NCBI RefSeq assembly: GCF_001194135.2
Contig: NC_068992.1
Span: 33,861,459-33,901,425, forward strand
Source: Octopus bimaculoides
Lineage: Eukaryota
Direction: 5' to 3'
DNA length: 39,967 nt
Part shown: in pieces, positions 23,906 through 35,624 of the stretch
Layout: every line of letters begins with the position of its first letter
How positions within the stretch are numbered: position 1 is the stretch's first letter
Made by a program: the position numbers and the translations under genes
The notes under the pieces: model-generated
What the model was told of the DNA's origin: nothing
Database searches by the model: none
The model's input: the letters and a program-made list of their open reading frames with translations, nothing else

Positions 23906-24092
23906 GAAATAAGATTAAGATTAAGATTAATGTAATATAAAGCTGAAAAAAAAAAAAAAATTAACACCAAATATACAGTGCGTGTGTTTTTATTGGCTAA
24001 ACTGGCAATATGACCATCCCCAAGTACAACAACATCTGTTTCAACACACGATTTCACATAAAAAATCTTGCAAAACAAATATGTAAATATAT

Positions 24093-24123
<31 letters not shown>

Positions 24124-24127
24124 ATTT

Positions 24128-24300
24128 TCATCGTCATCATTATTTTACAATTTTACAATCTGTTTTCTATACTGACATGGTATCCAATGTTTCAGAAAAC
24201 TGCACCCTGCTCTAGTGTCTCAGTTTTAACATTGTTTTTATTGCTGGATGCTCTTTGTAGTGCCAACCACTTTACAGGTTGTACTGAGAACTTTTTCTAT
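24128..24300 (-). mobile_element. Decayed RTE-type 3' tail
   Basis: catcattatttt..gctggatgctct..gtgccaaccactttaca, as at 3017-3225 and 25925-26200. Confidence 0.5.
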
Positions 24301-24339
24301 GAAATCAATGCTAGAGAGGTCAGTTCGTAACTTTCAAAA

Positions 24340-24960
24340 CTATAGAACTTCTCCAACTGTTGGGAAGGACAGGAGATAGTGATCACTATATGAAAGTTGT
24401 TGAGGTGCTAAAGTGTGATGTAAGGAATAGGAATAGGTTTATCGTTGTGGAAAAAGATTCATAGCCACCTTGCATTTTACATGGGTGGTTGGGAAATGCT
24501 GGGCCCTGAAAAAGAGGTAAATATGGTATGGTGGTAAAGAGGTGCCAGAATGTAATCTCAAGGTTACATATCCAGGAAGGTGAATAGAAGAGATCATAGA
24601 TACAGAGGGCACAAGGCACAGGGAGCATGAGTATGGTTGCAAAAGTGTGGGAAGAGAGTGAGATAGATAAAAACATGTAATGAAGGTGGTCAAATGTATA
24701 TAAGGGATGAAGATAACTAATGGTAAACAAAGATAAGTTTAGTAAATATGAGAGGAGGATGATGATAAAAAAGTGGGATGGATTTCAATTGAGAAGAGCT
24801 TAGGGGAAAGTGAGTGGTAACTGGCAGTGCAGAAATTGCAATATGCAGCAACAGGTTCAACTTCCATTACTTACAGCAGCAGAATAATGATGCAGTAGGT
24901 AGGAGGATGTTAGAGAGATGAGTGATAATAAGATGATGGGTAGAGTTAAAGATTGTAAGC
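24340..24960 (-). mobile_element. Possible decayed Penelope-like RT/GIY-YIG linker fragment
   Basis: Purine-rich on +; weak motif echoes only (HFPTTHVKCKV; FSTSTTFI). Confidence 0.25.
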
Positions 24961-25095
24961 ATGTGAGGGGAAAGTGAGATGTTTGTGTGTATTGTATGTG
25001 TGTGTGTATACATATATATATATGTATGGATATATATATATAGTTAGATAGATACATAGATAGACAGATATGCAAGTTTGTGTATAGAAGAATGT

Positions 25096-25326
25096 ATTTA
25101 TTTCTTTATTGCCTACAGGGGGGATAAATATAGAGGGGACAAACAAGGACAAAGAGATTAAGTCAATTACATTGACTACAGTGTGAAACTAGTACTTATT
25201 TAATCGACCCTGAAAGGATGAAAGGCCAAGTTAACCTTGGGGGAATTTGAACTCAAAACGTAACAACTGACAAAATACTGCTAAGCATTTCACCCAGCAT
25301 GCTAATGATTCCGTCAGCTTGCCGCC
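25096..25326 (-). mobile_element. SINE family B copy
   Basis: Reverse complement aligns end to end with 28124-28353. Confidence 0.85.
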
Positions 25327-25466
25327 CTAAATAGAATAATATATTAATCAATGAAATTCCAACATAGTCAGATTTTCATGTTTTTTTTATTTACAACCTT
25401 TACAATTTTACAATATCATCATAACAGAATATAATATATTTATATATATTTGTGTGTGTATGTGCG

Positions 25467-25520
<54 letters not shown>
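25467..25520. repeat. (GATA)n microsatellite
   Basis: Read directly. Confidence 0.95.
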
Positions 25521-25521
<1 letters not shown>

Positions 25522-25924
25522 GTTTGCAAGTATGTATGGGAAGGTGAGTGAGGTGTTGGGAGGCAGACTGCCAAAATTGGTAGGTTGAAGGGTGGATGCG
25601 ACAAGAGCAATCAGCTCTGGAAAAATAGATGGATGTAGAAGAGTAAAGAGGGCCAGCAGTATGAGTCGTGAAGATGATACAATTGCTGGGGTGGGGGTTA
25701 CAAGAGAAGAAAATAGGGAAGAGGCAGGCAAACTACATGAGGAGTCACTGTAATGGATGGTGAAGTCAAAATATAGAGTTTCCAGAGCATAGTTTTGCTG
25801 AGGAGGTTGTACATGTATGCACACATACCCTCCCCCAACACACACTCATACACACACAAACAACACACACACATGCACATACACAAACACCATGCATGCA
25901 CACGCACAAACTTATCACTAACAT

Positions 25925-26200
25925 TCATCATCATCATCATCATTTAATGTCCATTTTCTGTGCTGGCATAAGTCAGACAGTTTGACAAGGGCTGGCAAGC
26001 TAGAGAGAAACGCCATGCTCCAATTGTCTGTCTTGGTATAGTTTTTACGGCTGGATGGCCTTCTTGATGTCACCTACTTTACAGAGTGTACTGGGTGCTT
26101 TTTATGTGACAACAGCACCAGTGCTTTATATGTGACACCAGCAAAGATGATTTTATACATGGCACCAGCATAGATGTTTTATATGTGACACCAGCACCTG
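25925..26200 (-). mobile_element. RTE-type 3' tail with (CAT)n end and short internal repeats
   Basis: catcatcatcatttaatgtccattt..gctggatg..tactgggtgctttttatgtgac..cagcacc, the reverse complement of the 33200-33362 motif. Confidence 0.7.
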
Positions 26201-26762
26201 CAAGCTCATAAGACAAGGACCTTTCAACTGAGTGACAAAGTTGAACTGAGAGATTAGAGAGTATAATAGAGGGACAGAGGAAGAGGAGGCAGGTGTGAGA
26301 GAGTTAGTGAAAAAGAGATAAAGAGGCAGCCAGAACGAGTGTTTTAACACCCACTTTTCCATGTTTATTTAGGTTGTGCAGAATTTATTGAGGCAGATTT
26401 TCTACAGCCATTCCTGTTGTCAACCTTCACCTGTTTCCAACCAAGGTAATATTATCTCATGGCCAACCATGTTTTTCCCAGAATTCTGGAACTTAATAAC
26501 TTTGCTTGTATGATGATACTTGTTTATAATCATCACATGATGGCTAAACAAAGTGCAAATTAACACAAACGCACATGAACATACATGCTTACATGCATAC
26601 ATACATACATATGAGGAGGTACCCAAAAGTAACTGGAAATATTCTCTTAGTTTATGCACTTCGTGCTTTGGGTTAGGCATTTATGGAATTATTTCATGTT
26701 CCAGGAATTTGCCAGAACTTTTTGCTTGTCAGTTTTAAAATAATTTCTGTGTCACATCTGGG

Positions 26763-27060
26763 TCCAAGGTTAAAATCCAAGGTTCGAAATCCACGGCTCG
26801 AAATCCAAGGTTCAAAATCCAAGGTTCAAAATCCAAGGTTCAAAATCCAAGGTTCAAAAACCGAATTTGTACTAAAATGGAAATCCAGATTTTATGAAAT
26901 CCAAATTTTCGGAATCCATACTTTTGATAACCAAATTTGTGAGACCAGTTTTTGTGTAAGGCCAATTTTGGTGAAACCAAAATTTGTGAATCCAAAGTTA
27001 TGGATCGAAGTTTGTGAAATCAAGTTGGTGAAGCCAGGATTCTGAGTCCGAATTTCTGAA
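26763..27060. repeat. 14-bp minisatellite (TCCAAGGTTCAAAA), 7 good units then about 12 degenerate 13-17-bp units
   Basis: Unit starts at 26763, 26776, 26790, 26804, 26818, 26832 and 26846, then decaying (T)CCAAATTTGTGAAA-like units. Confidence 0.9.
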
Positions 27061-27159
27061 CTGTATATATATGTTACCTTAGTAAATATTTTGACTGCAT
27101 GTCTGGTGTGGCATTGGTTTATTTTTGCTCATATATATTTGTTTTGTATGTGAGCTGTT

Positions 27160-27730
27160 TTTTTATGCTGACAATTGTTAATAATATTTTACAAAGGACT
27201 TCATGGTGTGTTGTTGTTTTGGGTTCACCCTATCCTCATTGATTTTGTAATTTGGGTTATGGCCACTAGGTTGTAACACTATGCTGAACTATTGAGGAAT
27301 CTACAGCTACTTTATCCAGCTAAACTATCGAGGAATCTACAGCTACTTTTACCCATAGTTATTGGGGCACTGGGATATATAACACACTGCCTAAATACCA
27401 ATCTTGAGAAATTAGGCTTTTCAAAACCGGAAAGGAGAAAGCTTATTCAAAGACTACTGATCTAATCCATCTCTAGAACTAAAAATCTGTAAAACTTTCC
27501 AGAAGGTTATCATTTAAATATATGTGGGAATGTCTAGATATGCAACTATATGCATAATATATACATAAAACAAAGCATACAAATTTGCGCACACACACAA
27601 TCACAATACATACATACAAAAATATCCTGTTGATGTTGAAATTTCCAAGAAGGAGCTTTGGATCTAGGTTAGAAACTGTCACTTTCTCTATTGGCAAGAA
27701 ATCTTGAAATAAAACTGAATAATGACTGAC
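27160..27730 (+). mobile_element. Third R4/Dong-like 3' end (RLE C-terminus plus 3' UTR)
   Basis: YAELLRNLQLL..PIVIGALGYITHCLNTNLEKLGFSKPERRKLIQRLLI; UTR ends ggcaagaaatcttgaaataaaactgaataatgac, next to (ACAT)n. Confidence 0.8.
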
Positions 27731-27766
27731 TTGACATACATACATACATACATACATGCATGCATG

Positions 27767-27806
<40 letters not shown>

Positions 27807-28123
27807 TACATATATACATACATACATACATATACAAATTTTCATTTATACCACTAATAATTGGAGCACTTTTAAGTAAATGTCATTCTGGATAAACTTG
27901 GATTTTCAGAAAAAGAAAGCAACCGATTCGTACATTACAAATACAATCTGTAAGCAGAACAGTAAAATTATGAAGACTTTTCTCAAGTTTAAAATGTGTC
28001 ATTGTTTCCATTATTTATATCCCAAAAATGGAGCTTTGTATCTTTGTTAGAAACCAGTTCCTTCTTCAGAGGGTTCAAAATGATTCAAAACAGAACACAC
28101 ACACACACACACATACACATTAA

Positions 28124-28353
28124 GGCGGCAGCTGGCAGAAACGTTAGCACGCCGGGTGAAATGCTTAGCGTTATTTCGTCTGCTGCTACGTTCTGAGTTC
28201 AAATTTCGCCAAGGTTAACTTTGCCTTTCATCCTTTCGGGGTCGATTAAGTAAGTACCAGTTACGCACTGGGGTCGATATGATCGACTTAATCCGTTTGT
28301 CTGTCCTTGTTTGTCCCCTCTGTGTGTAGCCCCTTGTGGGTAGTAAAGAAATA
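28124..28353 (+). mobile_element. Well-preserved SINE family B copy
   Basis: ggcggcagctggcagaaacgttagc..gagttcaaatttcgcc head, ttcatcctttcggggtcgat..gtaccag core, gtaaagaaata tail; other copies at 25096 (-) and 35228 (+). Confidence 0.88.
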
Positions 28354-28391
28354 ACACATACACATGCGTATGTATACATGTATATGCATAT

Positions 28392-28422
<31 letters not shown>

Positions 28423-29647
28423 CATGAGCGCACATGGATGCAAGGTCACAAAGAGTCATAGAACAAACAAATATTCCGTTTATCAGTAACTGTTTCTCAA
28501 ATCTTCAAATTTTTCTAGTGAATTAACCATGTCATCATTGAAACAAAAAATCTATAATAGCACATCAATCTAGTGTTCTGAACTTAACCATTTCACTTGA
28601 ATTTGAAATCACTAAAAATTGGAAAAGAATTACAATTTGAATTAAATTTATGATTATGTTTAACAAACATCTAATATCAGACCATTTAAAAAAGTTGCTG
28701 AAAATACACTGCAAAGTTCAGGATATTTCTTTAAGCTAGTACAGTTCATATTATCTAAAACTCAAAAGAATTTGAGATAAAATTAAAAGAATATTCTGTT
28801 AAATTGGCAATTTAAAGCTCATCAGATGTCTCGTGATTTTTGTGCTTTTACAAACCAGCTATTTCAGCAACCAATTATTTATGTATATAGAATTTCCTGT
28901 TTAAAATTTTGGTGGTCCTTTCCTATACTTTGTGTACAAATTTATTATATTATCTCTTCCATCACAGTGTTCAGCTATCTGAGGGCTAAATTATGTAGTT
29001 TGTGTATGGTGTGAAAAATGTCTACATGTGCATTAAATCTAAAACTTAGCTTGGAAAATTATTACAATATTTTATTACAAATGCTTATGAAATTTTGGGT
29101 TATACAAAATATACCAACCAATGCAAATGCTTGAAACAGTTCAATATTTTCTCATTAATTCTTTAAATTGACTTAATATTGGATATTTATTAAATCCAAT
29201 CATAATTCTTTGACAGTTTTTTTTCAAATATTTAAAAAACTTAGTGTACAAGCAAATGGATAAGGTCTGTATGATGCTATTATTAATTCAGCAGAAACTT
29301 TCAGAGGTCTAAGAACCAGTAATTCGTGTATTGACTATCTCATCATCTACACCTCCATTCATCCATTTATCTAGATGGGTAATAATAGATAGTATCACCC
29401 CATTCATAAACGGTTCTAGGTGGAAATGACCTCAGTGCTTTGGAGAAAAATATTTAATATTATTCTGTACAATCTATGTATCTAGCATTTAATGAGGAAT
29501 GTAATTGAAAACAATCAAAATACACCTAGCATTTATATTGTTTGTAATGTAATTAACTGAACATAACTAAAGTAAAGTCATACAGTGGCCCGGGAACAAA
29601 ATTTGCTTAGGGGGTGCAAACTCAGTTCCAAAATTTGGCACTACTGG

Positions 29648-30231
29648 AGAAGTGTGGATCCAAGTTCTGGGAGTGTGCATGTCACAAATTTGCGCATGTG
29701 CACACATTAGTCGTAAGTAGTCGAATTTAGCACTCAGGTAAAAAACGAGACGCTCGCTACTTGCTGTAAATGGAGGGTGGGTTATCCATCTAATACAAGA
29801 AGAAAATTGCAGATTAATTGAATAAAAACATGAAAAATAACCAAATGATATTTCATTGAAAAGTAAACCATTCTGAAAGATAGTTCAGAATGTTTTCAAA
29901 ACATTTATCTCCAGCTTTTCCCATATTTTATTAAGGGTTCGGGATTATGATTAGGGTTTAGGGTTAGGGGTTAGGTTTAGAGTTAGGGTTTAAAGTTAGG
30001 GGAGATGAATGTTTTTTCACTATTCAATGATTATTTTTCACTTTTATATTCAACTTATCTGCAATTTTCTTTTTGTATTACATGGATAACCCCGCACCTT
30101 TTACAGCAAGTAGCGCGAATCTGCGCATCTCGTCATTTGCCTTGTGAGCTAAAATCGACTACTTACAACTAAAGCACGTGCACGCACAAATTTGTGACAT
30201 GCGCACTCTCAGAACTCGGGTTCACATTTCT
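29648..30231. repeat. Internal fold-back: about 225-bp diverged inverted arms (29648-29873 and 30007-30231)
   Basis: Shared blocks such as gcatgtcacaaattt, gtaagtagtcga, gctacttgctgtaaa, gggttatccat, aagaaaattgcagat. Confidence 0.9.
29951..30002 (+). repeat. Degenerate telomere-like (TTAGGG)n tract
   Basis: ttagggtttagggttaggggttaggtttagagttagggtttaaagttagggg. Confidence 0.9.
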
Positions 30232-31827
30232 ATATTACCCAAAAGTTTTACAAACAAGGTGAAGTTTTCTAATTTGGGTATCNNNNNNNNNNNNNNNNNN
30301 NNNNNNNNNNNNNNNNNNNNNNNNNNNNNNNNNNNNNNNNNNNNNNNNNNNNNNNNNNNNNNNNNNNNNNNNNNNNNNNNNNGATCTTGCACCCCCTGAA
30401 AATTCTAGGGGGTGCAGGTGCACCCGCTGCACACCCTGTTCCCGGGCCCTTGAAGTCATAATGTATTGCATACACAACATTTATATTATTCCCCAGGCAC
30501 TTGACTGGAAAATAGATATTTTAAATTATACATAATATGTTTATTAGTGATATTTATTTCTTTACAATCTATTGTACTTTGTTCAGTGGTATTGTATGTT
30601 TAAGTTCAAGGCCATATGCACTTGATATAAAAGTAAGGATGTTGTTCAGGGTATTAAAATTTGTTAAAGCATTAATTACATAGTTATATCATCCAGCATA
30701 AAATTATGGACAGTTATTGTCTTCAGTTTCATTCTATAGTTAAGATTCTTGTTTAAAGCACTTGCTGTAAATATATGTAGTATTTTTCAGCACATTTTTA
30801 ATAATCTTTTTAACTACATAGATGACTGAAAAAGTGAAGCAAATTGTACTAGACCAGAATTTTCTCATAAACAATTGAATGCATCTTTTTCTAGAGAGTG
30901 TTTTCTTTCTGATGCAAAAATAAAATGATAGATAACTCTTAAGATAGATGCTCTGAAAATATTTTAACTAATCATATAGTTTTCAATGATGTTCTCTCCT
31001 CTAACTGTATCTTCAGAACAACTGACATATTTATCCCATCTCAAAAATCACATACTTCAAAAGAAAATATAATGTCAGACAAAAATTATGTCTTTCATAA
31101 CTCCCTATAAACTTTCAACAGTCATAATGTTTTCAAAATAACCATGGAATGTCTATGGGTACTGCCAGTACATCTGCAACCAATATGTTTTTTTAACAGA
31201 AGAAATTAGATGATGTCACATTACCAAAAAACTTCATTCTAAAATACTGACCTAAACTGCAAACAGGACAAGTATTTATGATACAGGGCATAGAGATATC
31301 AGATGGGATACAACAAACCCAACACCAGTTGGAAAACAAAACACAGTAACCAATATGGAAAAGTTATGGAAAAGAATGACAGTTTAGAGACACCAATTAT
31401 AAAATGCAATTCATACCAAAAGAGCATACCTGTTTAGATGCATGAGCTATTAAATAATAATTTATTAAATAGAGAGAACAGCAAGTTTAGCAGAATGAGA
31501 TACGCATGATATGCAGAAGATATAGGACAATAACTAAACTGACATTCAACAAGTAAGCAATTATCAAAGCAGGACATGTTATTTTAAAACAAGATGTTAA
31601 TACAAGTGACAAACAGAAGCAGAATAACTGCTAATGGTAAATACTCATTGCATTCTTGGAATTTTTGTGCAACTCTGCTTCACCAAAATCATTCAAATGC
31701 ACAATCGCAAAAGCATACAGGATTGTTATATCTCTGGGTCCTTTGTTCCTTATATATATAACACATATGATGTAACAGAATACAATATATAATATACTAC
31801 ATTATACACTATAATATAATATATATC

Positions 31828-32010
31828 CATCATCATTTTAGCACTTACTTTCTCTTCCTTGCAAGGCTTGGACAGAATTCTTTGAAGTGGATTTTCTACA
31901 GCTGGATGCTTTTCCTGTCACCAAACCTCACATGTTTCCAAGCAAGATAATATTTATCCATGGCGAGACATGTTTTCATGCAAGGACGGTGACACTAATT
32001 TACAACTACC
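31828..32010 (-). mobile_element. Unclassified repeat tail, related to 26370-26480
   Basis: Shared gattttctacagc..ttcctgt..caa.ct.cac.tgtttccaa.caag.taatatt motif; (CAT)n end. Confidence 0.55.
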
Positions 32011-32094
32011 ATGCAATGTCAAAGTAAAATGACACCCAAACACCAGCCTATATGACAATAGAGGAAGGAAACCAATGTAACACACACACAAAAC

Positions 32095-32225
32095 ACACAA
32101 ACACACAGACGTTTCTTTCAGTTTCCAATTACCAAATCCACTCACAAAACATTGGTTGACTTTAGGCTATAATAGAAGTCACTTTCTCATGGTGCCATAC
32201 AATGTGCCTGAACCTGGAACCACAA
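32095..32225 (-). mobile_element. SINE family A head
   Basis: ttctttcagtttcc..ccaaatccactcacaa..tagaagtcactt..gaacctggaaccac matches 39300-39420. Confidence 0.6.
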
Positions 32226-32480
32226 TCACACTATGTAATATATATATACACATACACACATATATTCATATGTGTGTGTGTGTATGTGTATGTATATATA
32301 NNNNNNNNNNNNNNNNNNNNNNNNNNNNNNNNNNNNNNNNNNNNNNNNNNNNNNNNNNNNNNNNNNNNNNNNNNNNNNNNNNNNNNNNNNNNNNNNNNNN
32401 NNNNNNNNNNNNNNNNNNNNNNNNNNNNNNNNNNNNNNNNNNNNNNNNNNNNNNNNNNNNNNNNNNNNTATATATATATA

Positions 32481-33359
32481 AGCATCAGATGTGGTGTGCA
32501 AGAGTGATGACTGTGTTGCATATGGATGAGGACAGCTGTGTGAAAAAGTGTCATACCCTAGCAGTATAGGGAATCTGTGGAAGAGGTAGACCCAGAAATA
32601 CCGAAGATGAGGTAGTCAAGCACGACCTTCAAGCGTTGGACCTCCCTGAGGTGATGCCAAGTGACCGAGACCTTTGGAGATATGCTGTACTTGAGAAGAC
32701 CTGGCAAACCAAGTGAGACCATAACCGTGGCCTATGCCAGTGCAGCGTAAACGTCTCATTTAAGAGTATCCTTCAATCATTGAGCAATAAACTGCATTTA
32801 CAAAGACCTGTTGAAGCAAGTGAAGTCATCAACATGGCCAATGACAGTACCGCCTGATTGGCACCCATGCTGGAGGCACATAAATAGCGCCATTTGAGCA
32901 TGATCGATGCCAGTGTCACCCGACTGGTCCTGTGCCAGTGGCACATAAAAAGCACCATTCGAGCATCATCATTGCCAGTATTGCCTGACTGGCTCCCGTG
33001 CCGCTCGCACGTAAAAAGCACCATTCTAGCATGGTCAATGCCAGTACTGGCTGACTGGTCATGTGTCGGTGACATGTAAAAAGCACCATTCGAGTGTGGT
33101 TGATGCCATTGCTGCCTGACTGGCTCTCGTGTTGGTGGTACATAAAAAGCACAATTCATGCATGGTTGATGCCAATACTGCCTGACTGGCTCTCATACCA
33201 GTGACATGTAAAAAGTATCCACTACACTCTCTGAGTGGTTGGCGTTAGGAAGGTTATCCAGCTGTAGAAACTTTCGCAGATCAGATTGGAGCCTGGTTCA
33301 GCCGTCAGTCAAACCGTCCAACCCATGCCAGCATGGAAAGCGGACATTAAATGATGATG

Positions 33360-33362
<3 letters not shown>
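32481..33362 (+). mobile_element. RTE LINE 3' end: ORF C-terminus, 3' UTR with 65-66-bp tandem array, (GAT)n tail
   Basis: LHMDEDSCVKKCHTLAV*GICGRGRPRNT..VVKHDLQALDL..DRDLWRYAVLEKTWQTK*; array at about 32830-33215; tail ggaaagcggacattaaatgatgatga. Confidence 0.88.
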
Positions 33363-33403
<41 letters not shown>

Positions 33404-35227
33404 NNNNNNNNNNNNNNNNNNNNNNNNNNNNNNNNNNNNNNNNNNNNNNNNNNNNNNNNNNNNNNNNNNNNNNNNNNNNNNNNNNNNNNNNNNNNNNNNN
33501 NNNNNNNNNNNNNNNNNNNNNNNNNNNNNNNNNNNNNNNNNNNNNNNNNNNNNNNNNNNNNNNNNNNNNNNNNNNNNNNNNNNNNNNNNNNNNNNNNNNN
33601 NNNNNNNNNNNNNNNNNNNNNNNNNNNNNNNNNNNNNNNNNNNNNNNNNNNNNNNNNNNNNNNNNNNNNNNNNNNNNNNNNNNNNNNNNNNNNNNNNNNN
33701 NNNNNNNNNNNNNNNNNNNNNNNNNNNNNNNNNNNNNNNNNNNNNNNNNNNNNNNNNNNNNNNNNNNNNNNNNNNNNNNNNNNNNNNNNNNNNNNNNNNN
33801 NNNNNNNNNNNNNNNNNNNNNNNNNNNNNNNNNNNNNNNNNNNNNNNNNNNNNNNNNNNNNNNNNNNNNNNNNNNNNNNNNNNNNNNNNNNNNNNNNNNN
33901 NNNNNNNNNNNNNNNNNNNNNNNNNNNNNNNNNNNNNNNNNNNNNNNNNNNNNNNNNNNNNNNNNNNNNNNNNNNNNNNNNNNNNNNNNNNNNNNNNNNN
34001 NNNNNNNNNNNNNNNNNNNNNNNNNNNNNNNNNNNNNNNNNNNNNNNNNNNNNNNNNNNNNNNNNNNNNNNNNNNNNNNNNNNNNNNNNNNNNNNNNNNN
34101 NNNNNNNNNNNNNNNNNNNNNNNNNNATATATATGGTCCAACAATATTAGTACCACATTTTGTAAATATACATTTCTATATATATTGCAATGTCTCTTTT
34201 TGATTATCCAGTCATTTTTAGTTATTCAGATTTAATTGTAAACGTTCAGAATGAAAATAATTTTTCATATTCATTGAACATTCTTCTGAAAATAATTTGC
34301 TCAATAGTTTTTATTGGATGTAAATAAATAGGATTATATCGCACCATGTAGTGAATGGAAAGAGCTATATCACTCGCCTGATAAAGATATAATTCATAAA
34401 TAAAGCTGAGCATCGACATTGTGAAGGAGTATTTTGTGCCACTAATAACATTTCTTATTACATGAAGATAGTTTGTAAAAATTCTAAAGTTAATATTTTC
34501 AAAATTAAAACTTGTTTGAGAAAAAAATCTAATATATTTTGTTCAGTTTTTTAGAACTATTTGTGTTATCTGTGCTGCCATACTGTAGGAAAATAGTACC
34601 AAATAACTTGCAACCAAAAATGTTAATGTAATAAAAGAAAAAGCAGTGCATTCTGATATTTTGTTTCTCAACCAATACAAATAATATGCATTATCCAATC
34701 CTTTCTCTGCAAAGTTATACCATATTGTAAATTATATACATGAATGTATATACATATATGTATATATCATTCAACCACAGTAGTGGATGAATATATTGTT
34801 AAGTCTACCATTTCATCAATTGCAGCAGCTTCCAAGCTTTACCACTAATTCAGTTCTCAATTAAATTGCAAACTGTTAATAGTTTTAAGGACACCTCCTC
34901 AGCTACACTTTGGTATAAATAGTTTGAGATTTGGTTCGGTAGAAAAATGTTACATCAGAATATGTGAGTCCTCAAAGTGGGCAGTAAAGCAAGTATTCAT
35001 CTTCAATTAACATAAATTTTAAAATTTTAAAATAGAAGTATACATTTCTCAGGCTTAAATGATAGAAAAATCCATGAGCAATTCAGAATCGTTAGTCGCA
35101 TTGAACAAAAATTAGTAGAAAAAGAGTTATGAGGTAAAATGTCATGAAATGTGAAATAATTGAGGAAGTAAGGGAGTAACGCGCCAAGCAATAAGAATAT
35201 ATTTCTAAAATGAATATTTACAGTCCG

Positions 35228-35350
35228 AGGTGGTGAGCTGGCAGAAACGTTAGCACACTGGGTGAAGTGCTTAGCGGTATTTCAAATGTCTTTATATTCT
35301 GAATTTAAATCTGCCTAAGTTGGCTTTGCTTTTTATCCATTTTGGATCTA
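35228..35350 (+). mobile_element. SINE family B 5' part
   Basis: ggtggtgagctggcagaaacgttagcacactgggtgaagtgcttagcggtatttc matches 28124. Confidence 0.75.
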
Positions 35351-35624
35351 TTCAATTTGACGTACAGATTATTGAATTAATTTTTTTTAACTAAACACTT
35401 TGAAATTTCCAATACTGGTAGAATGTGTCACATAGAACGGGGTTTACTTCTAACGTTTCTGACAAAATTTTGTATTTCAAAAGTTATTTCATCAGAAGTT
35501 ACAGAGTGACAATGGACAAATTCGTGTTAGATAAGTGCCAATACACAAAACTCTCAGCTTTTGACTTACTCTCTAACTTCTGCTGATGATATATATACAT
35601 ATTACATATATGTGTAAAAAGATC

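Larger units (their letters stand above)
23566..24032. repeat. Near-perfect long inverted repeat (arms 23566-23798 and 23808-24032, 9-bp spacer)
   Basis: The arms are reverse complements except for poly-T/A length (23 vs 15) and one transition (acacatgcac vs acacacgcac); flanked by (AT)n microsatellite. Confidence 0.97.
29583..30452. mobile_element. Non-autonomous hAT-type element with 8-bp TSD AAGTCATA
   Basis: TSD at 29575-29582 and 30453-30460; TIR CAGTGGCCCGGGAACA vs CAAGGGCCCGGGAACA (14/16); subterminal AGGGGGTGCA motifs at both ends. Confidence 0.9.

Noticed and set aside
29951-30002. True telomere or chromosome-fusion site
   Set aside because: The tract is short, degenerate, single-orientation and enclosed in a TSD-flanked transposon.
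32830-33215. CRISPR-like periodicity
   Set aside because: The units are contiguous homologous repeats with no unique spacers, inside an RTE 3' UTR in animal DNA, with no cas genes.
33239-34235. Long ORFs of 269-303 aa, and similar ones at 509-875, 30178-30480 and 32156-32569
   Set aside because: They are mostly X residues from N gaps plus translated microsatellite.
35445-35500. Minus-strand CUGAUGA..GAAACGUUA as a hammerhead
   Set aside because: The core would be sequestered in a simple hairpin (tctgatgaaat..attttgtcaga), and the stem I/II geometry is non-canonical; it looks like a DNA-transposon subterminal palindrome.
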